From contig JACPZB010000018.1 in assembly GCA_016195725.1 (NCBI GenBank), positions 1-52,626 on the forward strand: DNA of 52,626 nucleotides. Reading direction: 5' to 3'. Positions within the stretch are counted from its first letter, which is position 1. Each line of letters begins with the position of its first letter. Of this stretch, positions 29,477-37,672 are shown one piece after another. Under the pieces are notes generated by a model, which was given only the letters and a program-made list of their open reading frames with translations, had not been told where the DNA came from and made no database searches. This DNA comes from Deltaproteobacteria bacterium. GTDB lineage: Bacteria; Desulfobacterota; GWC2-55-46; UBA9637. The position numbers and the translations under genes are program-made.

Positions 29477-29947
29477 ATGAAACTCCAATTCATAGGCAGT
29501 GTCAGGTCTGTAACTGGAAGCTCTTATCTGGTTATAACAGATACTGCCAAAATCTTAGTTGACTGCGGCATGTTTCAGGGACATGACGGAGAAAAAAGAA
29601 ATTTTCTGCCTTTCCCCTTTAACCCCTCTGAATTAGATGCAGTTCTTTTAACCCACTCCCATATAGACCATTCCGGCTTAATACCAAAGCTTGTCAAAGA
29701 AGGATTCAAAGGAAAAATAATTACAACAAAGGCAACTGCTGATTTGTGCGGCATAATGCTCCTTGACTCTGCCCACGCGGACAGACAGGGGCTTTTAGAC
29801 TGTCTTACCCATTTCAAAACAAGGCCAAAGAGGGTGTTTGTTGTACACGGCGAAGAAGAAATATCTTTGGAATTTGCAAAGACAGCGCATGAAAAATTCT
29901 TGGTTGATAGTTATGTGCCGAGGGTGTTGGAAGAGGTGAAGCTGTGA
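29477..29947 (+). pseudogene. Beta-CASP metallo-beta-lactamase RNase with a large in-frame internal deletion
   Basis: N-terminal VTGS, DCG.FQG, THSHIDH and LLDSAH are joined directly to C-terminal SAHAD..VHGE. Confidence 0.82.
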
Positions 29948-29961
29948 GAGTATGCTCATTC

Positions 29962-30030
29962 TGTCATTCCGTGCTTGACACGGAATCCAGTCTTTTTGTT
30001 TCCTGAATTCCTGCTTCCGCAGAAATGACA
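29962..30030. repeat. GTCATTCC..GGAATCC / ..AATGAC palindromic repeat (dRS3/RPE-like)
   Basis: tgtcattccgtg-cttga-cacggaatcc ... aattcctgcttccgcagaaatgaca. Confidence 0.7.
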
Positions 30031-30297
30031 TTTTCATACCTCTTTGTGTGCCAAAAGCGTATTGAAGTCTCATAGACAAGTCTCATAGAAATAATTGACA
30101 ACAAAACTTACTGGATGTATTCTTCTTTTTAAAGAAAAGAGAGCATGAGTTTAAAAGTAAATATCCGCGTGAAAAAATAGGGAGTCAATAGCGATGGATT
30201 GGGATAGTATTCTTTCTAGAATTGCAGACATTGCTTTAAGGCACAATGTCTCTATTTATAAATTGTAGTAACCTGAAGAAGAATTTTATCTTTTTAA

Positions 30298-30425
30298 ATA
30301 CAAACACAAGATTTGAACCAAAGTCAAGGAAAAGCTGGCTGGACAAAAAGACAAAAGTTCAACATTGTTTAAGCAGGTCAATTTGAACGATTTGAACGAT
30401 TTCCATTCAGGGGATTGCGTTTGTA
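30298..30425. repeat. Second copy of the 16468 ERIC-like element with a replaced right arm
   Basis: First ~51 bp match 16469-16519 with 4 mismatches; terminal gattgcgtttg retained. Confidence 0.8.
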
Positions 30426-30432
30426 AAAAGCT

Positions 30433-32787
30433 ATGGACATCCTAAGACACTTAAACCCTCAACAATCCAACGCCGTTAAAAAGACCGACGGCCCTATTCT
30501 CATCCTTGCAGGCGCTGGGAGCGGAAAGACCAGGGTCTTGACTCACAGGATTGCCTACCTCATAAGAGAAAAGGACATCTCCCCTTTCAATATCCTTGCT
30601 GTGACATTCACCAACAAGGCCGCAGGAGAGATGAAGGAGAGGCTGGAAAAGATTTTAGGGCCAAAAGCCAAAGACCTGCTGCTCGGCACATTTCACTCAA
30701 CAGGGCTACGTATCTTAAGAAAAGACGGGCACAACATCGGCATCGACCCAAATTTTGTGGTGTATGACGATGATGACCAGCTTGCGCTGGTAAAACTCTG
30801 CATGTCTGAGCTGAATATAAATGAAAAATCGTTCAGTCCGAGGGCGATCCTTTCCCATATCAATCAGGCAAAGAATGAGGTTCCCTCTGCAAAGGACTAT
30901 GCGCTCCGCGCTGACGACTTCTTCGGACAGAGGGTTGCTTCGGTGTATAAACTCTACCAGGAAAAGCTCCGTCAGAATAAGGCCCTAGATTTTGGCGATT
31001 TAATAGTAGAGCCTATAAAACTCTTCAGAGAGGCGCCGGCGGTTCTGGAGAAATATCAGAAACGGTTTAAATACATCCTTGTAGACGAATATCAAGATAC
31101 AAACCGCGCCCAGTATGAGCTTATAAATCTTTTATCTGCGATGCACAAAAACCTGTGCGTGGTCGGCGATGAAGACCAGTCTATCTACGGCTGGCGCGGG
31201 GCTGACATAAGAAATATCCTTGAATTCGAAAAGGATTATCCGAATGTTGAGATAATAAGGCTTGAACAAAACTACCGCTCAACAAAGAATATTCTCTCCG
31301 CTGCTAATTCTGTTGTTGAAAAAAACACCAAGAGAATTGGCAAGACCCTCTGGACAGAAAATCCTGACGGCGAGATGGTTGCATATCAGATGGCAAGGGA
31401 CGAGCATCATGAGGCAAGCCTTGTGTATAATAAGATAGAAAACTATATGTCGTATAAGACCTATACGGCTTATAAGGACTTTGCAATCTTTTACCGCACC
31501 AATGCCCAGTCCAGAATATTTGAAGAGCATTTCATAAGGAGCGGGCTGCCATACAATATTGTCGGCGGATTAAGATTCTACGAAAGAAGAGAGATAAAGG
31601 ACGCCATCGCCTATCTAAAGGTTATTGCGAATCCGAGCGATTCATTAAGCCTTATGCGCATAATAAACACGCCTCCGAGGGGCATTGGAAAGACAACCAT
31701 TGACAGGGTCGCGTCGTTTGGCGTAGGGCATGGTCTGCCGCTTTTTGAAGCCTTGAAACTGGCTATCGGAAAAGGCATACTGCCGCCGCAGAAAGGACAG
31801 AATTTTATAAATCTGGTTGAAAGATTCAGAGACTTGTTGGGCAGCCAAAAAAAATCCCCTCCCCTGGCGGGAGGGGCGGGACACCCATCCGAAGGATGGG
31901 TCGGGGAGGGGGAACAAATGGAAAACGGCTCACCCTCACCCCAGCCCTCTCCCATCAAGGGAGCGGGGGAGTTAAGCAACGTCAATGGCTATTCCCGGGC
32001 AAATAAATTCCCCATCCATGAACTTGCAAAAAGACTTCTTGAAGAGAGCAGCTACATAAAGATGTGGGAGGGAGAAAAAACAGAGGAGGCTGAGGCGCGT
32101 ATTGAGAACCTGCACGAACTTATATCAGCCATGAGGGATTTTGAAAAAGGCAGAGAGAACCCCAGCCTTGCAGAGTTTCTTGACCATGTGGCGCTCATAA
32201 GCGATATAGATACTTTTGAGGATAAACACAACAGGGTAACTCTTATGACGCTTCACTCGGCAAAGGGATTGGAGTTTCCTGTTGTATTCATGGTGGGTAT
32301 GGAAGAAGGCCTATTCCCTCATTCACGGTCTATCAATGGAGACAGCGCGGATGAGCTTGAAGAGGAGAGACGGCTCTGCTATGTGGGCATGACAAGGGCA
32401 ATGAAAAAGCTATTTCTCCTTGGCGCAAGAGAGCGGACTATCTATGGAGAGTCAAGATTCCAGGGCCAGTCAAGGTTTATAGATGAGATAGACCCCAATT
32501 ATTTGGAGATAATAACTCCAGAGAGGAGCCAGAAATCAGAAATCAGTAGCCAAGAGAAAGATAAAACTTACTATACGGAAGAACCAAGGGTTGTGTATGA
32601 TGACTATAGAGACTATAGAGACAATGACCCTTGGAAAATAGGCATGAGGATAAAACACCCGAGCTTTGGCATCGGCATTGTAAAGGCAAAGGAAGGCTTG
32701 GGTGAAGATACAAAACTTACTGTGATGTTCCCCGGTATGGGGCAGAAAAAGTTGATAGTAAAATATGCATCTATAACCGAGGCTTAA
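30433..32787 (+). CDS. pcrA: PcrA/UvrD DNA helicase with an in-frame repeat insertion
   Basis: AGAGSGKT, VDEYQD, VGDEDQSIY, QNYRST, HSAKGLEF, EERRLCYVGMTRA and a Tudor-like C-terminus. Confidence 0.96.
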   Translation: MDILRHLNPQQSNAVKKTDGPILILAGAGSGKTRVLTHRIAYLIREKDISPFNILAVTFTNKAAGEMKERLEKILGPKAKDLLLGTFHSTGLRILRKDGHNIGIDPNFVVYDDDDQLALVKLCMSELNINEKSFSPRAILSHINQAKNEVPSAKDYALRADDFFGQRVASVYKLYQEKLRQNKALDFGDLIVEPIKLFREAPAVLEKYQKRFKYILVDEYQDTNRAQYELINLLSAMHKNLCVVGDEDQSIYGWRGADIRNILEFEKDYPNVEIIRLEQNYRSTKNILSAANSVVEKNTKRIGKTLWTENPDGEMVAYQMARDEHHEASLVYNKIENYMSYKTYTAYKDFAIFYRTNAQSRIFEEHFIRSGLPYNIVGGLRFYERREIKDAIAYLKVIANPSDSLSLMRIINTPPRGIGKTTIDRVASFGVGHGLPLFEALKLAIGKGILPPQKGQNFINLVERFRDLLGSQKKSPPLAGGAGHPSEGWVGEGEQMENGSPSPQPSPIKGAGELSNVNGYSRANKFPIHELAKRLLEESSYIKMWEGEKTEEAEARIENLHELISAMRDFEKGRENPSLAEFLDHVALISDIDTFEDKHNRVTLMTLHSAKGLEFPVVFMVGMEEGLFPHSRSINGDSADELEEERRLCYVGMTRAMKKLFLLGARERTIYGESRFQGQSRFIDEIDPNYLEIITPERSQKSEISSQEKDKTYYTEEPRVVYDDYRDYRDNDPWKIGMRIKHPSFGIGIVKAKEGLGEDTKLTVMFPGMGQKKLIVKYASITEA
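31855..31971. repeat. CCCTCTCCC/GGGAGAGGG-type REP doublet inserted in frame in pcrA
   Basis: tcccctcccctggcgggagggg..ggggaggggg and caccctcaccccagccctctcccatcaagggagcggggga. Confidence 0.85.
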
Positions 32788-32885
32788 AATAAATTAGGGG
32801 AGGCGCATACCTATCCTCTGCAGAACCTCCCCTCTTCCCTATGAGACAGCGGCCCCAGCTATCTCAGGAAAGACTTTAGAATTTC

Positions 32886-32970
32886 TGATTACACAGATTG
32901 GATAATACGATTACACAGATTATAAGATAGATGTTTATCTGTGTAATCTGCTTTTATAATCGGTGTAATC
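32886..32970. repeat. Inverted GATTACACAGAT repeat array
   Basis: gattacacagatt twice, facing atctgtgtaatc and atcggtgtaatc. Confidence 0.85.
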
Positions 32971-32975
32971 AACTT

Positions 32976-34277
32976 TCACATGCCAAATTTATGCGCCCTT
33001 TCTGTTGAAAATATGCCTGACGGTCTTTTTGCCGGAAATTCTGTTATTTTTTCAAATGTGGTTGGATTATAGACAACCACCTTGTCTTCATCCATTAGAG
33101 ATATATAAACCGCATCGCCCTTTGGCGTGAACTGAGGGTGGGTTGCCCCTTTGCCAGGTGTGAATGTTTTTACAACCTCAAGATTCTTAAGGTCTATCAC
33201 CTGTATTGTATCTCCATTTTTGCCAACCAGGTCTACCCAGACATACCGCCCGTCAGGGCTGGAAACGGCATAAAGGGCAGTGCCGATAAGAGACACCTCT
33301 TTTACAAGACCCCAATCCTTTGTATTGTAAACCAGCGCCACTTCCCTCTTTATAGCCGGAAGAACCGCCAAATCCCTTGCAATCGACCATCCCTTTAAAT
33401 GCGGTATCTTCCATAAAGGAACCGTCTCTCCCTGCGCTTCGCCGTTTTCCCTTATCTTTATGGTTGTAATCTTTTTGACCTCTGACATCTCCCATGTATC
33501 CAGAAGCCCGACCCAGTTGGAATTTAAAAAACCGTTCAGATAATATCTTCCGCCCGGTGTTATTAGGGCATCATACGGGGTTTCGCCTATATCCCAGAAT
33601 TTCTTTATTACGGGAAAATCCTTTTTACCGGCATCTGCAACCCAGATCCCGTTACTGTCCATAAGCGAGAATATAAGGAGATTTCCCGGCGCATCTACAA
33701 GGCCTACAACCCTTGCTGTTACCTTCCTTCCGTCAGGATATTCCCTCTCAGCTGGTATTATTTTTACTGTCTCCAATGTTTCCGCATCAAGGATTCTAAC
33801 CTCTCCGGGCACATAGTTGCTGAGCGCAATATATTTGCCATCCTGCGTCATGACGCCGCCTACAGAGTCGTCCCCTGCCTTAACCCTCTTTACAAGCTTC
33901 AATTGGAGCAGGTCTATCTTGCTTACAGAGGCATCCCTTCCAATTACATAGGCAAATCTTGCATCCTTTGAAAATTTGACCGTGCCGTGGATGAGATTGC
34001 CGAGGCCTGAAATCCTGCCAAGGAACTTGTGCCTTGAGGAGTCAATGACAATTACACTCCCTGCCTCCCTCTCAACAATCACCATTAAGGAGGCGGTGCC
34101 GTAGGTATCCGTCTCTTTAGCAAATGCCAGGATGTTGAAGAATATTAAAAACCACAGGAACGCAAACAGTATGGATAATTTCGGATTTCGGATTTTGGAT
34201 TTCAGATTTAAAATATTACCCTTCAAATCACGAATCTCAAACCTGTTATCAGCAAATCTCCGCATATCCTTTTTCAT
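32976..34277 (-). CDS. nirF: Heme d1 biosynthesis protein NirF
   Basis: d1-type beta-propeller without CxxCH; VERE.GS, YVIGRD, PYDALI, PHLKGW and PSGIF. Confidence 0.88.
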   Translation of the reverse strand: MKKDMRRFADNRFEIRDLKGNILNLKSKIRNPKLSILFAFLWFLIFFNILAFAKETDTYGTASLMVIVEREAGSVIVIDSSRHKFLGRISGLGNLIHGTVKFSKDARFAYVIGRDASVSKIDLLQLKLVKRVKAGDDSVGGVMTQDGKYIALSNYVPGEVRILDAETLETVKIIPAEREYPDGRKVTARVVGLVDAPGNLLIFSLMDSNGIWVADAGKKDFPVIKKFWDIGETPYDALITPGGRYYLNGFLNSNWVGLLDTWEMSEVKKITTIKIRENGEAQGETVPLWKIPHLKGWSIARDLAVLPAIKREVALVYNTKDWGLVKEVSLIGTALYAVSSPDGRYVWVDLVGKNGDTIQVIDLKNLEVVKTFTPGKGATHPQFTPKGDAVYISLMDEDKVVVYNPTTFEKITEFPAKRPSGIFSTERAHKFGM

Positions 34278-35482
34278 CTATTGCCTATCGCTTGCCTCTC
34301 TATTATTATCTCTTCATCAGTCAGATAGCATGCAGGGTCTTCTGCCCAGACATTTCCATACACTGCCTCTGCCCTGACCCGGTAGTTGCCCCCACATATC
34401 TCAAGGTATGCGCACCGGCTACACCTGCCCATAACAGATTCCTTTTTATTTTTGAGCCTCCGCATAATCGGGTCTCTTGTATCCAGCCATATTTCGCTGA
34501 ACGGCCTCTCTTTTACATTCCCGAATGAATAGTGGCTCCAAAACTGGTCTGCATGAACATTGCCGATATTGTCAATGCAGCCTATTGCAGTGCCGGAGCT
34601 GTTTCCACTGCGCATTTTTAAAAGCTTATAAATCCTTTCAGCCTTATCAGGATCTTCTTGCTTTACCTTCAGATAAAGGTACACGCCATCCGCATCATTA
34701 TTACCAGTAAGAATATCTTTCTCAATCCCCTTCTCGTAAAACTCTATAGCCTTCTTAAATATAAAGCCAACCGCCTCTCTTGTCTCTTTATGGGTCAAAT
34801 CATCCTTTGTTATCCTCCTTCCTCTCCCAGAATAGACAAGATGAGAAATATATATCCTCGGGATGTCCTCTTTTTCTGCAAGGTCGAATATGGCCGGAAG
34901 CTGGGGCAACGTCCTCTTGCTTAAGGTAAGACGAAGCCCTGTTCTTACGCCCGCATCCCTGCAATTTCTTATGCCTCCCAGCGCCTTGCTGTAGACGCCG
35001 ATCATGCCTCTGAATCTGTTATTAAATTCGCCTATGCCGTCTATGCTCACGCCGACATAAGCAAAACCCGCATCTTTAATCGCCTTCGCAATATCTTTAT
35101 CTATTAATACGCCATTTGTGGACAAGGCGCATCTGATGCCCTTTGCGCCTGCGTACTTGGCAAACTCAAATATATCATCCCTTAAAAGTGGGTCTCCGCC
35201 TGAAAATATGATGACAGGCACATGGAATGCTGCCAGATCATCTATAACGGTTTTTACCTCAGGGACTGTCAACTCACCCTCATATTCCTTATCAAGCGAA
35301 TCAGCATAGCAATGGATGCATTTTAAGTTGCATTTTTTTGTGATGTTCCATACAACGACCGGCCTTTTAACCTCTGAAAATTGCAGGAGCCTTGCAGACT
35401 CCCCATGTCTGTGTATTTTATGGACGCAGGCGCCTTCTTCCATCTTTTTTGTTTCGCATAAAAGTTTTGTAACACCCAGCAT
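34274..35482 (-). CDS. nirJ: Heme d1 biosynthesis radical SAM/SPASM protein NirJ
   Basis: PVVVWNITKKCNLKCIHCY, SHLVYSGRG, TGNNDADG and EDPACYL. Confidence 0.87.
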   Translation of the reverse strand: MLGVTKLLCETKKMEEGACVHKIHRHGESARLLQFSEVKRPVVVWNITKKCNLKCIHCYADSLDKEYEGELTVPEVKTVIDDLAAFHVPVIIFSGGDPLLRDDIFEFAKYAGAKGIRCALSTNGVLIDKDIAKAIKDAGFAYVGVSIDGIGEFNNRFRGMIGVYSKALGGIRNCRDAGVRTGLRLTLSKRTLPQLPAIFDLAEKEDIPRIYISHLVYSGRGRRITKDDLTHKETREAVGFIFKKAIEFYEKGIEKDILTGNNDADGVYLYLKVKQEDPDKAERIYKLLKMRSGNSSGTAIGCIDNIGNVHADQFWSHYSFGNVKERPFSEIWLDTRDPIMRRLKNKKESVMGRCSRCAYLEICGGNYRVRAEAVYGNVWAEDPACYLTDEEIIIERQAIGNR

Positions 35483-35502
35483 AATTCTCCTCTAAAAGAA
35501 AT

Positions 35503-35601
35503 ACCAAAAGGCAAATATCAAAAATTAAGGTATTGCATTTTTACATTTTGATTTTTAATCTTTGATTTTGCCTATCTCCCATTGCCTATCGCCTATTGCC
35601 T
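35503..35601. repeat. Two adjacent heptamer arrays at the nirN/nirJ junction
   Basis: caaaa..tcaaaaa / tttttac-attttga-tttttaa, and gcctatc-tcccatt-gcctatc-gcctatt. Confidence 0.75.
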
Positions 35602-37009
35602 GTATTTTAGGATATGTTTTATTCAAGGCGTTATATTTGCCGGCAGGCTTTTTAAAAGGCAGCCTCATTTTCTCCTCTAATTTTAAAGCATCGTATACAA
35701 CAACAGCGCCTTCGTCTTCATAGACACTGACCAGGGCATATCTTCCATCTTTTGTAAATTCAATGTGCATGGCTTTCTTTCCCTTAGAAGGGAAGAGGGT
35801 TTTTACAACCTGCAGCGAAGTCTTATCTATAATCTGAATTGCATCGGTGTTTGTATCAACCCATATAAACGGCGTATTCTGATGCGTCCTTACAAAAAAA
35901 CCGGCCCCGCTAAGATTAATCTCTTTAATTATCTTTCTATTGTTCAAATCCAGGATAGTTACAACAGGCCTTTTCAAATGGTTTATAGCGGCATAAAGCG
36001 CGCCCTTATCAACCCAGTATGTAGCGGAAGCAAGATGCGGCATGCCGTCTGTATCAAAGGCGCTTAAAATCTTTTTCTCCTTTAAATTATAAATATAAAT
36101 CATGGTCCCTTTCCTTGAAGAGCCGATAATTATGTCCTCAAAGGGGCTTATAGATATATCTTCAAATGGCTCAGGCAGAGAGAGCCTTTCTATTTCAAAG
36201 CCCTTTGCGTAATTTATGAGCCATAGGTTTGGCATATCTCTAAAAGAGCACAAAAATCTTTGGTCAGAGAATAGGGTATATATGCCGCCAATCTTCCCTG
36301 ATGTCTCCAAAACATAGCTTGCTTCTAATTTATCATTTAAAAATACAATATTGCTTGGCAGGTAGTTGGCTGCAGCAATCCATTTGTCATCGGCAGAAAC
36401 GGCTATGTTTCTTGTATTTATGCCCGTTTTTACACTGTCGACTTTTTTGAATGTATAAAGGTCGTATTTGGTAATCGTCCCGTCTCTTGCCGGAACATAG
36501 ACATAGCGAAACCCGTAAGAAAATTTAGGGCCGCCGTGAATCGCCCCCGCCTGAAACTTATCAAGCGTCTTGAAATTTTGGCCGTCCATAACAGTTACGC
36601 TTCTGGAGCTTTCAACAACCAATGTTATATTTTCGTAATCAATATTCGGTATCGGTTTTTTAGGCTCGGGGGCTGCAAAAACCTCCCTGCTTTTTGCAAT
36701 ATCGTCCATCCCCCATCGGACATTATTCAGAGGTAAAGTTATGTGCGAGATTATTTTGTCAACGTCCCCTTCTGTTAAGATATCTTTAAAAGGAGGCATC
36801 TGGGTTGCAGGCAGGCCGTCTTTTATAATCTTTGAAAGGTCTTCGTTTTTATATGTCTTCAGGGTTTCAGGTATTAAGGCAGGGGCCTTAAGTCCATATC
36901 TTTCGGCATGATGACAGGAAGCGCAGTGTTTCATATAAAGCGTCTTCCCATCATCAGCCGATACGGAACCGGCTATAAAGATTAGCAATGAAACAAGTAC
37001 CTTCTTCAT
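35555..37009 (-). CDS. nirN: Cytochrome c / d1-domain protein NirN
   Basis: CASCH, HGGPKFS, MPHL, FFVRTH and KPAGKYN; start ATG 37009. Confidence 0.9.
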   Translation of the reverse strand: MKKVLVSLLIFIAGSVSADDGKTLYMKHCASCHHAERYGLKAPALIPETLKTYKNEDLSKIIKDGLPATQMPPFKDILTEGDVDKIISHITLPLNNVRWGMDDIAKSREVFAAPEPKKPIPNIDYENITLVVESSRSVTVMDGQNFKTLDKFQAGAIHGGPKFSYGFRYVYVPARDGTITKYDLYTFKKVDSVKTGINTRNIAVSADDKWIAAANYLPSNIVFLNDKLEASYVLETSGKIGGIYTLFSDQRFLCSFRDMPNLWLINYAKGFEIERLSLPEPFEDISISPFEDIIIGSSRKGTMIYIYNLKEKKILSAFDTDGMPHLASATYWVDKGALYAAINHLKRPVVTILDLNNRKIIKEINLSGAGFFVRTHQNTPFIWVDTNTDAIQIIDKTSLQVVKTLFPSKGKKAMHIEFTKDGRYALVSVYEDEGAVVVYDALKLEEKMRLPFKKPAGKYNALNKTYPKIQAIGDRQWEIGKIKD

Positions 37010-37086
37010 GGGGCCTCTTTTTGCTTGCGTCAAGAAAATCCCTGAGGGGAGGTTATGCCCTCAGGAACGAGATTAGGAATGTTTGA

Positions 37087-37587
37087 CTACAGCCTGTTGC
37101 CGCAAAGGTAACCTAATTTTTTGCACACATCTTTAAAGCCCTTATGGCAGTTGGCGCATGTCTCAGGATTCAATGGATGCTTTGCCTCTTTTGATGCAAT
37201 TGATTTGCCGTCTTTAATGGAAACCACATCATAAACAGGCTCGCCGTTTTTGTGGTCTGTTGTAAATGCCGCACCTATCTTCTTGAAAACCAGAACAGCA
37301 GTTTTGCCATCCGGATATTTGCTCCCCTTCTTCTTATAGATATCCACCGCCTTTGGATTGACATAACCCACATACCCGCCTGGTTTCACTCCGCAATAGG
37401 TATCCACCGTGGCCTGAAGTATATCATCTCCGCCTGCGCCAAGGACATTCACGCCGCAATCAGGGAATATATCCAGAGAGATGGTCTTTGTCCACTTGTC
37501 CCAGTAGTTTCCTGCTGCAAAACTATTACTTGTCGTAACTGCTAAAATCATTGCTCCTGCTAATACTGCTAATAATAGCTTTTTCAT
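37087..37587 (-). CDS. Cytochrome P460/c'-beta-fold periplasmic cytochrome
   Basis: Signal peptide, YVN, YPDG and C-terminal CANCH. Confidence 0.7.
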   Translation of the reverse strand: MKKLLLAVLAGAMILAVTTSNSFAAGNYWDKWTKTISLDIFPDCGVNVLGAGGDDILQATVDTYCGVKPGGYVGYVNPKAVDIYKKKGSKYPDGKTAVLVFKKIGAAFTTDHKNGEPVYDVVSIKDGKSIASKEAKHPLNPETCANCHKGFKDVCKKLGYLCGNRL

Positions 37588-37609
37588 GTTTTCTCCTTTA
37601 TTGTATTGT

Positions 37610-37661
37610 AAGGTTGAGGTTGAGGTTGAGGTTAAGGTTTTCTTAACCTCAAGCTCAGCCT
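37610..37661. repeat. Inverted hexamer tandem array (AGGTTG / CAACCT)
   Basis: aggttg x3, aggtta, facing taacct-caagct-cagcct. Confidence 0.85.
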
Positions 37662-37672
37662 GTTTTTCTCTG

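Noticed and set aside
30146-30268. Small ORFs MSLKVNIRVKK and MDWDSILSRIADIALRHNVSIYKL
   Set aside because: Short, AT-rich and without recognisable motifs; possibly remnants, but not supportable.
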